DNA of 63,733 nt, filler included, from Calcarisporiella thermophila CBS 279.70 (Eukaryota > Fungi > Calcarisporiellomycota), in the NCBI RefSeq assembly GCF_041956535.1. It is 7 parts of 7 records of this genome, joined end to end, with 100 filler letters (N's around TTAATTAATTAA, not from the genome) between each part and the next. Parts side by side here need not be neighbours in the genome. Positions count along the whole stretch, not along the records: positions 42,987 to 56,054 come from NW_027192216.1; positions 56,155 to 58,392 come from NW_027192292.1; positions 58,493 to 61,438 come from NW_027192269.1; 4 more parts are not named here. One strand, given 5' to 3'. Positions 46,557 to 60,198 of this stretch are shown here, piece after piece. Within the stretch, counting starts at the first letter, position 1. Every line of letters starts with the position of its first letter. Below the pieces are notes generated by a model. The model saw nothing but the letters and a program-made list of their open reading frames with translations, did no database searches and was not told the DNA's origin. The position numbers and the translations under genes were made by a program.

Positions 46557-48941
46557 TTATTTATAACTTGCGATGCGTAATGTACTCGAAATTAATTGAC
46601 GCCAATTGTCCCACATATTAACTTTACGACCGCCTTGATCCATTGCAAAAAGCTATATAAAAGTAGTAAATATTAAATTTTTATAGACTTGTAAGAATAA
46701 GCCATTGCCCTACCTTCATTTCATTACGCCGAGTAAACCTCTCTTCTACCTGAGAGACTTTGAGAGTTTGTCCATAATATGGGTAGAATGCACTAGTCCT
46801 TGAACTCTTCTCACGAAGTACCATAGTTCTATTCTCCCATTTGATGAAGGGCGGGCACTCTGTGCCAACTGGGCTTTCACAATGTATCATTTGAATATCA
46901 GCAGGAATAATACTCTTTGCGCAAATCTGAAAATCACGTTGTCCATTCAAGAATAAAACTTGAGCAAGAGCACGTTTTATGACCCACCATGCTTCTTGTA
47001 TTCCACCGTTCGCATCAAAAACTATTTGCAGTGCAGTTCCTGGAAGAGGACGAGATGGAGATGGAGAGGAAAGCAAAGAATTGGAGGAGGTGGAGGGAGT
47101 AGGCAAGAGAGCAGGAATTGAAGAATCGATAGAGGAAGGAACATACTCGCATTCTAAGTATCGCCGTGTAGATAGAGGAATCATATGATCGACAAAAATG
47201 AAATGTTGACATTGTGGTAAGAAGTAAGGCATCGTTCCGGATTCACTGAGAAAAACGCATAGAGCGTCAGAATTCATACTGTTGGGTTCTGGCATTGCAA
47301 ATAGATTCAGTGTATTGGCTGCTGTAGAGTTTGGAAGCAGAAGATCCCCCAACCTTTTTGGTAAGGAGAATAAACAAATAGAACGCAGCATTGTGATTGA
47401 GCGTATTCAATTACCTTGTTTCCAGTCTTATATTTTCCCCACATTCCTTAAATATATCTTCAAACGCTATGCACAGGTCACTGAAGTTATTTGCGCCAAG
47501 GAGATTTTTTGTGCCTACAGTCTGTCCAGTAGAAGGAAAAGACAGGAGATTGCCCTCTTCATATCCAATATAATTCACCATACTCTCTTTTTCATTCTGA
47601 TATTGTGAATTGAAAGATTAAATAAAATGGAATAGATATTATGGATAGATAGTACGTACGATTCTAACCACTGGTTTTACTCGGAAATAATTCCCGTCTC
47701 GTATATTCACTGGCATCGCCTGGTCATCATGCACAGGAAACAGAGCGTATGAGGTGGTTATTAGGTCCTTTGTTGTTAACAGAAAGTTATGAATAGGTTC
47801 GCCAGGAGCATCCTAGTAAAAAGAATAGCACGCGTTATTATTTTAACCCTTTCTTTTAATAATCCACTATTACATTTGCCAAATTTACATCAATGATCCG
47901 TTTAGCTTCTAAAATTTCAGCATCCGACACACTTGCTATATGTAATTTTCCATCTTTTACACCTACGAATGAGGAATTCCCCAATAACCGAATATCCTTC
48001 TTAATCTGCGAGAGTTTTGAGTTGAGCGTCGTTTGATATTTGGTTGGGATAAAATAATGCTCTTCATTTAGCTCCTATGATACATTTTCAATAGGCATTA
48101 GTTGGCCAAAAATAAGGAAGATATTGCCAGTATTAATTACAAGTAGTATGCTTATTAATTTCTTGGCTTTAATACGCTCAGATTCCGTGCCATTCAAGTA
48201 ATAAGCATCTGAAGTTATTCGTAAAGAGGCGTTGCTTTCCATTTCTATTCTTCGAATTGTCTTTCCATCTGGGATAAAAAAAATATTAAAATACAAAATA
48301 ATATAGGTGAACTATAAAATTACTACTCGATCCCATAAGTATATGAAGTTCTCTCTTATTCGCATTTATTCCTAATAAAAACAAAGCCGTCGAATTAGAT
48401 GAAAACTTTGAGCATATATATATTTTCTAAGAAATTTTGCAGCCATACGCTCTTCTTTGGTTCGGGAGTCTTCGCGTGCTATTTCAAATGACTTTTTCCT
48501 TTCTATACTAGCCGGGTTATCAACCTGAACATTCCATATGGAAATAATGCGCTCAATTAGCTCTGACTTTTTCCCCGAAGTTCGTTTGCCATTAGCCTTT
48601 AGATAATCCTTCAATTGTGACACGATAAATCCATTCGAAATATCAGTATGGAGTTGTTTATACTCTTTAGAAGAAATAGTTGTTGATGAGGGTCGTAATT
48701 TTTCTATAAATTGTTCTGGAGAAACGCTGGAGGATAATGAGGCCTCTGCTAACAAAGTGGTATCCTTGCGTATATTTGCTAAATTTCTACGAGGGATTTC
48801 AAAATTGATCTCGCCAAATGATTCACGAGAACATTGAGAAGTAGCAGAAAAGCAACTATTAGGAAGATATAGATGTGAAGTACTATAGACTACACGATTA
48901 TATGCACGGAAAGAAGAAATAGCTCGATTAGGTGTTCTCAT
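46557..48941 (-). CDS. SLS1-like mitochondrial inner-membrane regulator, multi-exon
   Basis: Presequence-like N-terminus; IEKLRP...GFIVSQLKDYL...KKSELIERIISIWN resembles the SLS1 N-terminal region; spliced frame closes at TAA 46557. Confidence 0.6.
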
Positions 48942-49103
48942 CTCTCCCCCAATGTCAAATATATCTTTATAATCAAATACAAATCGAAAAACTATGTGAC
49001 TGTATTTTACTGCTTGGCTTGATTTTAAATAGTATCAGAAACTGAACCGTATTTATTCGAGAAAACTATATGGTTTACAATTTTTTATCATCTCTTAGAA
49101 TAA

Positions 49104-49810
49104 ATGACCATAATGAATAACGGCAATATTGGGTCTGATGTCAATGAACCAATAACCTTTTCGGCTTATGGGTCGGCACTTGAGAAGGTATTTAGCGAAT
49201 CTATACATCAAAACATTAGAGATGCGACTTAATCTTGAATTTATTGTTTTAGAGATGGCAATTTTTCTTAGATCGCATCACTCCATTTACATATAATCGA
49301 TGGATAACGACAGCGTTTTTGCTCTCTCTTTTCTTTTTACGCATCATTTTGGTCCAGGGATGGTACATCGTCGCTTATGTGCTTGGTATTTATTTGTTGA
49401 ACCTCCTCATCGCTTTCTTGAGCCCCAAATTTGATCCAGCTCTGGAGGAGATGGTGAATGGCGAAGAAGAGGGAGATGGAATGCAACTACCTACACGTGC
49501 AGACGAGGAGATGCGACCATTTATCCGTCGATTGCCAGAATTCAAATTTTGGTATACTTATTTTTAAATTAGTTCGTATTTTGAAACTCTGCTTATTGTT
49601 CCATTTAGGTATTGGTCCACTCGCTCTATTCTTATTGCCTTTGTATGTACTACTATGCGTGCATTTGACTTGCCTGTGGTGTGGCAAATATTGCTCTTTT
49701 ATTTCATTGTATTATTTGGAGTGACGATGAGGAGGCAACTTCAACACATGGCACGATACCGATACGTCCCATGGACGCAGAAAAAGAGACCATCAAAGAA
49801 CTCGAAATAA
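49104..49810 (+). CDS. RER1: Rer1 ER retrieval receptor, 3 exons
   Basis: LDRITP, QGWYIVAYVLGIYLLNLLIAFLSPKFDP, RPFIRRLPEFKFW, TMRRQLQHMARYRYVP. Confidence 0.95.
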
Positions 49811-50761
49811 ATGTTACGAATATAGGTTTAATTTTTTATTAGCTTATTTATATCTCTATTTATGAATACAAAGGTTTGTCCTGAAAGTAGATAGAATGAT
49901 TTTCTATTTCACAATTTTTATATCTACACATTAAACCCTTAATTTCACCTTTCAATATAAAATATAGTATGTTGTACGCCTCCATATTTTTAGCTGATAC
50001 CTTCAAGTTAAAGTTTTGTCTTAAGTTCGTTTTAATTTTCTGGCCTACGAATAGAATATTTTGAATTTCAAGTTTACATTGGACTAAAGTGCTTCATCAA
50101 AAGTGGGAAATAAATGGAAGGGAATAAGGTTGGATGGCATGAGTATTCGAGTGAAATTTTACTATTAGGTTAGCTGTTTCTTCAAATAATCCAAAAATAT
50201 GTCATAGTCCATATCACATATCAAGCTCTCCTAACGAGATTCAAGCTCCGAAGTCAATTAAGAACTAGTTATAAACCGGCACTCATTAGCTTTGTAAGTC
50301 AACAGGTTATATAGTTATTATACCTTATTGTATATAAGGAATACTCCAATGAGAACTACCAAAATATAAACACCTTGTTTATGAATAAATCTATGGTTTT
50401 AACCATGGTCTCTCGAGTATCCCCTAGTTATCTGGAGTATATCGTGAAGATTTGTACGGAGAGTTATAAAAGCTTTTCTTATTAAAGGAAAAATAAGACT
50501 ATGAATTTCAAATCTGGCACTCGATATTCAAAAGCTACTGTAATCCTCCTACCTCGCCTAACCTAAAAATAAAACCTTATTCTTATATAACTATAAAATT
50601 ATAGCAAAATAAAATCTCAATCTTATACATCAATAATACTATAACAAGATAGTGCAATTCAATCTCAATTAAAAGCATTGAAAAGAAAAGCGATTTCAAA
50701 GAAATAGAATATCTAAGATTAAAGATTAACATAGTGCGTAAATTGATAAAATAAAAGAAAG

Positions 50762-51214
50762 GATTTTTTTTTTGAAGCTACGGATCTTTATTGAAAAGTA
50801 TTCTCATGAAGTTAATCGTTGAAGGTGAATCAAAGGTCGTACGCCTTTGTGCAGATCATAGCCAAATTGCTGGCAGAAGGTATAGACCAATTAAGGAACA
50901 GTAATAGTAGAATAACTCGACACGACAGGTACGGCAAGCAAGGAACAGTAACGAAAGACAGTAATAATGGGAAGACCAGACACGACAAGACAGAGGCGAT
51001 ACTTGTGGAGGAGCCAGGCACGACAGGACGAAGAGAGTGACTGTAGAAAACCGGACTGGAAAGACAGAAGTAATACTAATGGAGAGCATAGACACGACAA
51101 GCAAGACACAGAATTAGTGGAGTGTCCATTCACATTTTTTGTGCTGATGGGGGTTCGAACCCGTGCCATCTCGATGGCACCTGGGAGCGCTTACCACTAA
51201 GCTACTCCACCCCC
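50762..51214 (-). mobile_element. tRNA-derived SINE with poly(A) tail and 14-bp target-site duplication
   Basis: Minus-strand head with A-box TAGCTTAGTGG and B-box GGTTCGAACCC (51214-51141); T10 at 50764-50773; aaaataaaagaaag at 50748-50761 and 51215-51228. Confidence 0.8.
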
Positions 51215-51269
51215 AAAATAAAAGAAAGACCTTTTTCAACAAATAAAACTTTTATTGAAAAGTAACCTG

Positions 51270-52112
51270 TTCAGCTATAACGGTAGAGTAGCTTCTACGC
51301 CATTCCGACCGGGTAAGCTGACCTTGTCCCTAAATCTTCGGGAAGCACTCTCCTATAGGATGCCGGCCTTCACAGACTCGAGAAATTTCCCCACCCATAA
51401 CCTGAAGATAGCAGGTGTCAATATCAGGATTTACTCTATCAAGTTCGGCAGACTATACCAGATACCACCAAATCCAGTTGCGGTAACCAGAGAATAGGTG
51501 CATATTACCTCAGATGAAGGAGCGTGGAGAAGAGCCTGGAAGAGCTGGCCAAGACGCCTAATCAAGCCAAAGCAAAAGATCCTTCGATGGCGTCTCCTTC
51601 AACACAAGTTAATAACAGCGGGAATTGCCCAACACTTCGACCATTCTAGCCCAAACTGCAAGAGATGCCGACCAGAATAGAAAGAGACAATAGAACATGC
51701 CTTCTTTGAATGTGCGAGAATTGGACATCTGTGGAGGTGGTTTAACAGGCTCCATCAAAAGATCCTCGATAAGCCCTGGACAAGCATGCATAAGTACGAG
51801 AAACTCTTCGTATTCCACGAGGAGACACAGGGCAAAGATTGACAAGTTTCCATGTTGTTACACGACATCATGGTGTGGAGTATACATAAGACCAGGATTG
51901 CAATTGTAATGGACAACCAAGAACACGAGGACATCGCATTCAAGTGTACCTTTTTATCAGATCTTATCCTAGCAATCAAAGGACAATGGATACAGGCACA
52001 GAGGAAAAAGGACGAAGAAGGGTTCAAGAAAAAATGAGGAAAGAGCTCGCTAATCCAGATCGATGACAACCAAGAGGTAGCCTTCGATTTCGAGGAAGCC
52101 AAGAACACTTAA
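51270..52112 (+). mobile_element. LINE ORF2 3' end with zf-RVT, disrupted
   Basis: CKRCRPE*KETIEHAFFEC zinc-finger text, premature stops, similarity to 43560-43860. Confidence 0.8.
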
Positions 52113-52874
52113 TCCGACATTTCCAAGCACGGAACTCTTTAAATTATATCCTATATTTTCTAGTACTTAATAATTTTGTTCGGAAGCATATCTCACATTT
52201 ATACTATATATTAAATAAACCACAGGATGCAAGTTCCCGCGTCCTTAGAGAAAAGAAATAACTTCTACGCCAAAATCACCTGGATACTGCCCCCAGCCTA
52301 TCTTGAAGTGGTTTACAAAAGAGGAGGAATTAGATAGTTTGTTAGAGTTGGTTGATTTGGATGGTCGAGTATGTAAGCTAGTGAAATGTAGAAAGGAGAT
52401 TTTTCTTTACTCTCGCATATTGTTTGATAAGCAGAAAGCAAAGGAAAATAAAAGAAATTTTTTTCTCCCTTGGGAAGTATTTTTTTACATCCACCTGATG
52501 TAAAAGTAACAGAGGCAGTCATATAGACATCCAGGAAGCGCGATATCTTTAAAATAGAGCAGCCAATAGAATTGATTGCCGCTACGTTGCCGCCCCTCAT
52601 GGTTACTCGCCGCCCTCGTGGTTACTCTTATGCTCCCTCATGGCTAGCTTCCCTACAAAAAACCCGGATAAATAAAATGTTTAGAAAACATCAGGCATTA
52701 TGAAACCCGAACAAAACCTCTGTGTTCCTATATGTTTTCTTATCGTCACATATATTCTATATGCTCTTTTCTGTTCCCCTTTTTATATCACTTTGTAGAT
52801 TTAATAATGAATATTTAACGAATAGGTAATTAGTAGTAAATAATAGGTATTTATTTAATTTTGATATATATATA

Positions 52875-54400
52875 TTTATTATCCATTTTTGCTTTTCTTT
52901 CTGGCTGCTCTTGCTGGCTGCTCTTGCTGACTGGTTTCTTCTCGGCCTATTTTCGATACTAATTTCCTTTCCTCTGCCTCTGTCTCTGCCTCTACCAGTT
53001 GAATAGGTAATTTAAACCCTTCCCCTCCTTGCGTGTTTTGATGCTAAATGACCTAGGTTTCCTGTCATTTCACGCACTTCGCTTCGAATAAACTCTCTTA
53101 AATCTGCAGGAGATACTCTGAGATTCTCATTAATATTATTATCTATAGAAATAGATAAGCGAAAATATTAATCTTCAAATGTTGTTGAAGTTAATCGAAG
53201 TTGATATGCCACCTTCATCTGACACGGTGGAAACTTCTTCCTGGATATCGCTCTCTACAGTGCTTAGTTCAATATTCGAGCCTTGACCCTCCGCCTCGTC
53301 AGTGGTTCTGCTTGGTTGTGTAGCAATACCTTTTGCTTTTACTGATTGGTATGCACCTATGCATATTAAAATAATAAAAGTGGTTGTTAGTGTTATACAA
53401 TTAAATGGGAAGTAGAAAAGCGCATGGAAGAGCTATATACGTCTATTATGTATTAGCTGCTTTATCAATTCGTATATAGCCCAATCGCCCTGAGTAGTCA
53501 GAAAGTCATCTGCCTCCTTTATAAACTAAATCGAAATTACTAAAAAATGAAATCTTGACGCTAACAGTGGTCATATTGCGATGTACCTTTCGTACCACTC
53601 TTTTAGTAATGTACTGATCTTGAGCTTTATAGGGTTTATTAAAATCCATACCTAACTCCTTCATGATACGCCGTAACACACCCTATAATATCACAGTTTA
53701 AGATTTATTTCTATTCCTTATTAAACATAATGCTCTACAATTATTTACACGATACATTCTGGCATCAGTCGGATCAATATTCAAGTATGCCGCAACATTA
53801 ATATAGCTTTTATTTCCAAAAAGCTTTAGTTTCCTAATGGCACGTTCGCCATTCACTACCTTCTAACATGGTTCAATTATTGCTTTGTTAATATATCTAG
53901 TAAAAAGGAGTGTATATGAAAATCAATTCATAATTCAAGAGCACGTACCTCTGCATTACTTGCCAAATCACTATCGTTACTTTGACTACTACTTCTATCT
54001 TGCCAAGCATTCTCAGAAGTTTCCTGGATTGCATTGGGAGAGTCCAAATTGCCTGCTGAGCAAGCAGGGGTGATTATAGAATTGAAGTTGTTACAAGCAT
54101 TATTATTGCTGGTGCTTTGATTTCTCTCATGCTCCATCAATATTTCTCTGTGCCTGTTTGCTGCTGTAGCGAGCGACAAAAGTGCTTCAGCTGGGAATAA
54201 TTCTACGAGGAAATAGACGAAAGTATCGAAGTCTGGATGATCGTGATACATTGAAAAGCGCTTCTTGATGGTTAGAATATTTGAAAGAAAAAAAGTAAAT
54301 AAAAAGTAAAATAAAGAATTGGGGGTACCTTGGGAAAAATTAACGAATGTTTTTATCCAAAGGTTGTGATATAGAAAATCGTGCCATGTTGCAAGTCATA
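52875..54400 (-). CDS. Hypothetical multi-exon gene, possibly the accessory ORF of the adjacent DNA transposon
   Basis: Several open exons bounded by GT-AG introns (e.g. ORF 53928-54251); divergent from transposase relic; no family recognised. Confidence 0.35.
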
Positions 54401-54762
54401 AGCAATCAGGTGCTTCGTATCTAAAATCAAAGATTTAATTAATATAGGCTATAAATGTTTGATAAAACGAATCCAGTTACTTAGATCAGACTATTGAAAT
54501 TTTACTCCAATCATATTTGATCGTAATTAAGTATTTTTAGTAATTGCAGTATCTTAGCGCAAATTAATCCTTAGGGCAATACATGTTGCTTTAATAAGAT
54601 TTCTAGATTATGGTATATAAACATGTTTTATGAGAAATATATAAGGATACGTTTAACGAACTGTAGCTTACCGTTAGTGGATTCTTCCATCTCTCAGGGT
54701 TAAAACATAAATATTCAATTAAGATTATAATATACTGTATTATATACACCTGAACCCAATAA

Positions 54763-55660
54763 AAATGCCACCAAAGAGAGTGCCTTGCAATTGCCCTGTA
54801 TGCAAAGGTCGATTGGTGTCTAGGACAACTCAATGGCACCATAACCATATTTATGTGAAGAGGATAAGGCCTGAAAAGTGCGAAATTGTCAACGAAAGTA
54901 TACGGAGAAAGCAAGATATTATTGAGTAGGGTCAAATTCTTTTTCATATATTCTTTACTCATTTCTTAGAATTATTAATGTATATTGCCATTTCCTAAAG
55001 CTCTGAGAGTTCAGATTCATCTTTCAGTGATATATTGGACATTTATTATGAAGATATCGTACAAGAGTCGTCAGGTGGAGCGACGAGTGAACCCTATAGC
55101 GAAGAAGTTGAATATTATACCGCTGAACATGAAGTTGAAAGTGATGAAAGCCAAACTCAAAGCAGTAGTAGTGAATTCTCGAGTTCTGAGTCTGAGCAAG
55201 ATGGTGAATCTAGCTCTTATTTGATATTTGGACCATTTTAAAATAATATGTTAAACAAATTCTCTGCATAGCTGAATTGCCACAGAGCTTTATTAGAGGC
55301 ATAGAACTCCTTGAGGCGAATATTGAGCATAATCTCTCCAAAGAGGCTTTTAGCACTATAACTAGTATATTAAATACTAGTACCGAGACACCATATTTAA
55401 TCGAGAAAAAAGAACAAGCGCTAGTGGGAATCAAGCCAGTTTTGATCGATAGTTGAATCAATATTTGTATTGCCTACACTCGTGAATACGCCAATCTTAT
55501 CAACTGCCCCATTTGTAAAGAATATCGCTACAAAACGCATTCTTCACATTGTAAAGAGCGACCACGCAAGGTATTTCCGTATTTTTCACCTTTTGATCGA
55601 TTTCGGGTTCAATATGAAAAATCGGCACGATCAAATGGGATTTGATCTTCAGAGGTGTCC
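54763..55660 (+). mobile_element. CACTA/EnSpm-like transposase N-terminal relic
   Basis: CxC-type N-terminal motif (CNCPVC), acidic stretch, then LIDS*INICIAYTREYANLINCPICKEYRY, like the Tnp2 DxCxxxCxxY...CPxC...RY motif; contains stops. Confidence 0.6.
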
Positions 55661-56054
55661 TGGATGGATTAACGGGCACCTTCTGAGTTTACGTATATCT
55701 TATCCTTATTCTTTATATTATCTTAAATTCTACGTAACAACTTTGTTGCGTGGAGATTAGGAAATGTGGAGAATAAGGTTGAAGAATTCCCTTAAGAAAG
55801 TAAAAAACTTGATACTGATAAAAATAAGATCTTGTTGATTGATACTCCAGAAATGGAAAGAAATAATGTCCTTATATAAGTACGAAGGAAATAAGAAAAT
55901 AAGAAGATATTGCTAATAGAATAGTTGGAATGGCATAATAGGAACAACCATTGCGAATATCGCGCAATTCTTGACAAAAGATAAATAATGTTTACTAAAT
56001 GTAACACAAATTAAAGAATTGGTTTCCAGATAATATTAAAGTTGAAATAGTTGA

Positions 56055-56154
56055 NNNNNNNNNNNNNNNNNNNNNNNNNNNNNNNNNNNNNNNNNNNNTT
56101 AATTAATTAANNNNNNNNNNNNNNNNNNNNNNNNNNNNNNNNNNNNNNNNNNNN
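56055..56154. other. Artificial assembly linker
   Basis: N44-TTAATTAATTAA-N44. Confidence 0.97.
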
Positions 56155-58100
56155 TTGATCAACATTTGGGTGTGCATCTTGGACTCTTCTATCGACGATG
56201 CTGCAATCAGTAGATCGTCCAGGTAAGCCGCCACTCTTATCCCTGCATTTCGGCACACCGTGAGGACTGGGCGCAGGACCTTGGTGAATATCCGGGGGGA
56301 AGAAGTTAGTCCGAAGGGAAGAACTTTGAACTGATACTTCCTGTCACCCCAGATGAACTGGAGGTATTTCCTGGACTCCTGGTGGACCGGTACGTGCAGG
56401 AACGCATCTTTGAGATCTATCGAAGTCAACCAGTCTTCCTTATGTATCAGGGGTAGAATTGACTGAAGAGTTTCCATCTTGAAGCGCTCCTTCTTCACTG
56501 ACTGGTTGAGTAGACGTAGGTCTACCACTGGGCGGAGTTTGCCCGAGCTCTTCGATGTGACGAAGATGTTGGAGACTACTCCTGGGGTGTCCCGTGGGAC
56601 CTCCTCTATAGCCTGTTTCTCCAATAGTGATCTCACCTCCTCGGAAATGGCCTTCACGCCCTGGTGGTCGGCTGGGAGTCTGTAATGATTTGACTTTAGG
56701 TATTTTTCTTATCTCTTATCTTCACAGCAAATTGGAATATTTTACCTTAGATAGATAGTTTTAGTTTTGTGATTTTACGTCAGTTTTACATTGACCATTT
56801 TACGCCAACTTGTATTATGTAAAGAATGTTTTCTGAAGTTCATAAATAGTCCTTGATTTTTTGTAAAGAATAAATTAATCAATCTTTTTCTTCTTGACTT
56901 ACTTGATTTGGAATCTTTGGAACTCCGATCCCTCCAGAACTCGAGAAATCTTACAGAGTCTCTTTGGAGGAGATAGGTGGTTGAACCTCGGCTCCTTCCA
57001 GAATTGGATTTTGTAACCTTCTCTGATTATCTCGCGTATCCATAGAGGGGCGGGGATTCCTCGCCACGCGTTTCTGAATTTTCGCAAACGTCCCCCGACC
57101 GGTACGCGTGGCTCTACCTGTCGTGGGCTTGCGTCGGAAGCTAAACATTGGACGGGGAGGGCTGTTTTGCCCCGCCCGTCTTTTTCCAGTTTTTTGTTCT
57201 GTTCGACGAAGTGACTTGTGGTTGCTGTGCCGGGATTTGTGGTGGCTCCTCCTGGCGCGAGGTTTTTCGCCTCCTCTGTGAGCGATTCCGTTCCTTTTTA
57301 TGCGCTGCTAAATCTTCGCGCAATTCTTTCTCGTCGATGACGAAGCTTCTCCCCAATCTTTCGTGCAGTACAGCAGTAGGAATATCTGCTGCTTTGTATG
57401 CCTCATGGTGACGCGTTATTGTGATGTGCGATGCCAGGCTGAAGACTAAATCGCGCGCGTCCGACGCTCTTTGGAGTAGCCGATCGGCTACCTCCTCACC
57501 CAGTGCGTTCCTTAGCCGAAGAATATCTCCTAACAGGATATCCAAGGACCTGGAGATTAACATAACCTCCTTCGAGATTTCCGCCAGGTTCGCGTCGTGT
57601 CTTCTGGCGGTATTGCCCATGAATGGCCAGATCGACGGGTTCATCAGAGGTGCGTCATACTTGAGGTCTGATCGGGGGGACTGCTGTCCCATATTATTTG
57701 CCGCTCCTCAGACGTGAGGATGGATTCCGGTGCGAATGGTGTTTTGAGCCCAATCGCGTCCGCTATATTGTCCGCTGGCGTCCACTGATGCCTCTCACGG
57801 ATAGGCAATTGGAGAGAGTAGTGCCAAGAGAGATCCTTCAGTATTCGCGTGCTGATTTGTTGCTTGCGTGGACGAGGGCTCCATTTCTCAAACGGAAGTA
57901 TGCCAGCTCAAAAAACGGCCAAGGAGTTGCACTTGGGAAACGACAGCTTTTTATACTCTTGATTTATTCTCAGATTTTTTCTTTATTTTTCTTTAAATTT
58001 CTTTAATTTTCTATGCAAATTCTCTGGAAGTAGCTCATTTGTCTAATAAAACGGTCTCATCATCGTGAAGCATGGACTGCTGACGTAGTCCGCATTCTAT
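56155..58100 (-). mobile_element. DIRS-type retrotransposon 5' part: terminal repeat, gag-like ORF, RT interrupted by AT-rich insert
   Basis: RT: LRPVVDLR, FKMETL, SIDLKDAFLHVPV, YQFKVLPFGLTSSPRIFTK, AYLDD; WIREIIREGYKIQF; gag-like ORF 57141-57692; repeat about 58046-58100; insert about 56685-56900. Confidence 0.9.
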
Positions 58101-58392
58101 ATGTTTTCACATCCCTACGATTTCTATAGGATTCTATAATTTTTAACTCATTTCTCTATTGGAGTTTTTTGTAGGGCAAACCAGACATTACCTTGTGAAG
58201 TAGACAATACAGATTTCGATTCAACTACCCGAGCAGCTCGCGATTTGTTGTTATCAAACCTAAAGCCCAGCCGCCTTAGAAATTCCCGGGGAAACTTCTC
58301 AGAAACTACAGAAAATAGCTTCTTTCTCAGCTCATTACTTTCACCTCTCTGTAGGGCGGCAAGCTGACATAGGGTATGATGATAAGGATTAT

Positions 58393-58492
58393 NNNNNNNN
58401 NNNNNNNNNNNNNNNNNNNNNNNNNNNNNNNNNNNNTTAATTAATTAANNNNNNNNNNNNNNNNNNNNNNNNNNNNNNNNNNNNNNNNNNNN
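58393..58492. other. Artificial assembly linker
   Basis: N44-TTAATTAATTAA-N44. Confidence 0.97.
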
Positions 58493-58514
58493 AGCTCTCC
58501 TTCACACACGCGCG

Positions 58515-58539
58515 CTCTCTCTCTCTCTCTCTCTCTCTC
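58515..58539. repeat. (CT)n microsatellite at contig edge
   Basis: About 12 CT units. Confidence 0.9.
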
Positions 58540-60198
58540 CCCATGCCCTAATGCCGTGCTTTTCATTATCGAGGCGGGCATTTATAGACAGCCCGATTGT
58601 TGCTTGGCCGCGATTGTCCAAATTTTAGTCACAGGATTTCAAGGCGAGATTCGCGGGAGGGCCTGGCTCCCGCTCCACACGGAAACTGTGGAGAAGGTTC
58701 TACGGGCGGCAGAGAAAATGAACAAGCGGTAATTAAAATTCGTGCAGCTGGGGCGACGTGACAAAAGAGAGAAAAATTAAAACGCTGCAGCTCACTTCAA
58801 ACTCACCCTAAATGGAGGCTTGAGCGGCCGGCTCCATTTGTCCTTATTCCGCCTAACACGTCAATGCGTATCAAGCGCGGTTTCCTTTTAAGCCCATGTG
58901 AATGCTAAGATAAGAGGGCGCCTGCTGCTTACGCGCCTAATTGACGCTCCATTTTATGCTTTAAGCGTAAGCGTCGTACATGGATTGACGCGGCCATCGG
59001 ATTGATCGAGGCTTTAATGAAAGAGAAAGGCTCTCACCGAACCGCGCTCGCCCCCCATCTTAGCTAAAGCGCGCACGCAACGGGTAATGGGGAACGAGTT
59101 TTTTTTATAACGGCCCACAGCTTAAGTTGGTGCCAACCGCGATATCGGGTTTGTCGAGATAAATTGGCTCTGTTTTGTTTTGTTTATGTTGTCTGTTGGT
59201 GTCGCAAGCGACCTCGGGGCCTAGGTCATATGATGAGGTGGCCGGATTCGATTTTAATTAGGTCCTTTGCGGCCTGAGGGCGAGGGCCGCCGTCGATCCG
59301 AATGCGCCGAGCTCCACGTCTTAAACCCGCCCCCGCGAGGCAAGGATTGGCCCGAGCCGAATCTCTCGTCGAGGAGGGGCCAGCGTCGTCATCCACCACC
59401 CAATGGTGAAATGGGAGAGGCCGGTGCCGAGCCACCGGCTCAGCGCCTCTCCTATTGCGCGCGTCGGCCGCGACAAGTCGCGCTGGCCCTGAGCCGAAGC
59501 AGACCAAGGCAAGCAGCATGCAGCGTCAGGAGCATGCCAAACCTGGGGCAGGCAACAGGGCCAGCCTTTCTGACAGCTCCTTAGGCTCTCCTGAATGGCG
59601 CCGCTCGCTGTATCGACTTTTTTTTACAGTTGGGAAATTGGAATCCGATATGGAAGAAATGAAAACTTCAAAAGAGGGAACCGGTTCGTCCAGCTAATAA
59701 GCTGAGAAAGCGCAGAGAAGTAAACTTTCGACATGCACCTCAATGCTGACCCACGGCAAAAAGAAGTTTTTTTCTTTTGTTTTGAGAAGCAAGACATAAA
59801 AGGAACGCTCGCTTCCTGTGCGTGAGTTTTCGCAAACCATTTTTAAGGCCCTCCAGCCGCTACTCACACCCCCTTCCTCTGCTTCTCTCCCTCCCCTCGC
59901 CGGTGCCGACCCCCAGCCAGACGCCAACGGTGACGAGCAGCGCCGTCGAAAGAAGAAGACTCCCGCCGCACCCTCCTCGCTCCCTCCGCGGCCGGCTTGA
60001 ACCGCCCTTTCGCCATCCCTCTCTCCCCCCCCCCCCACCTTCTTCTCCCTCGACCCTTCTTCCCATTCCCTCTCCACTCCCCATACCCCCGCCCTTTGAT
60101 GCATTTAGCCATCCACTCGAGTCCCGCTTCCCAGCGCTGAGCGCATTGCTTTCCACAGATATATATACCTTGACTTTAGCTAATATAATAAACCCGCC

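Noticed and set aside
51141-51214. Functional tRNA genes here and at about 63486-63560
   Set aside because: A and B boxes are present but acceptor and anticodon stems do not pair; they sit in repeats with SINE features.
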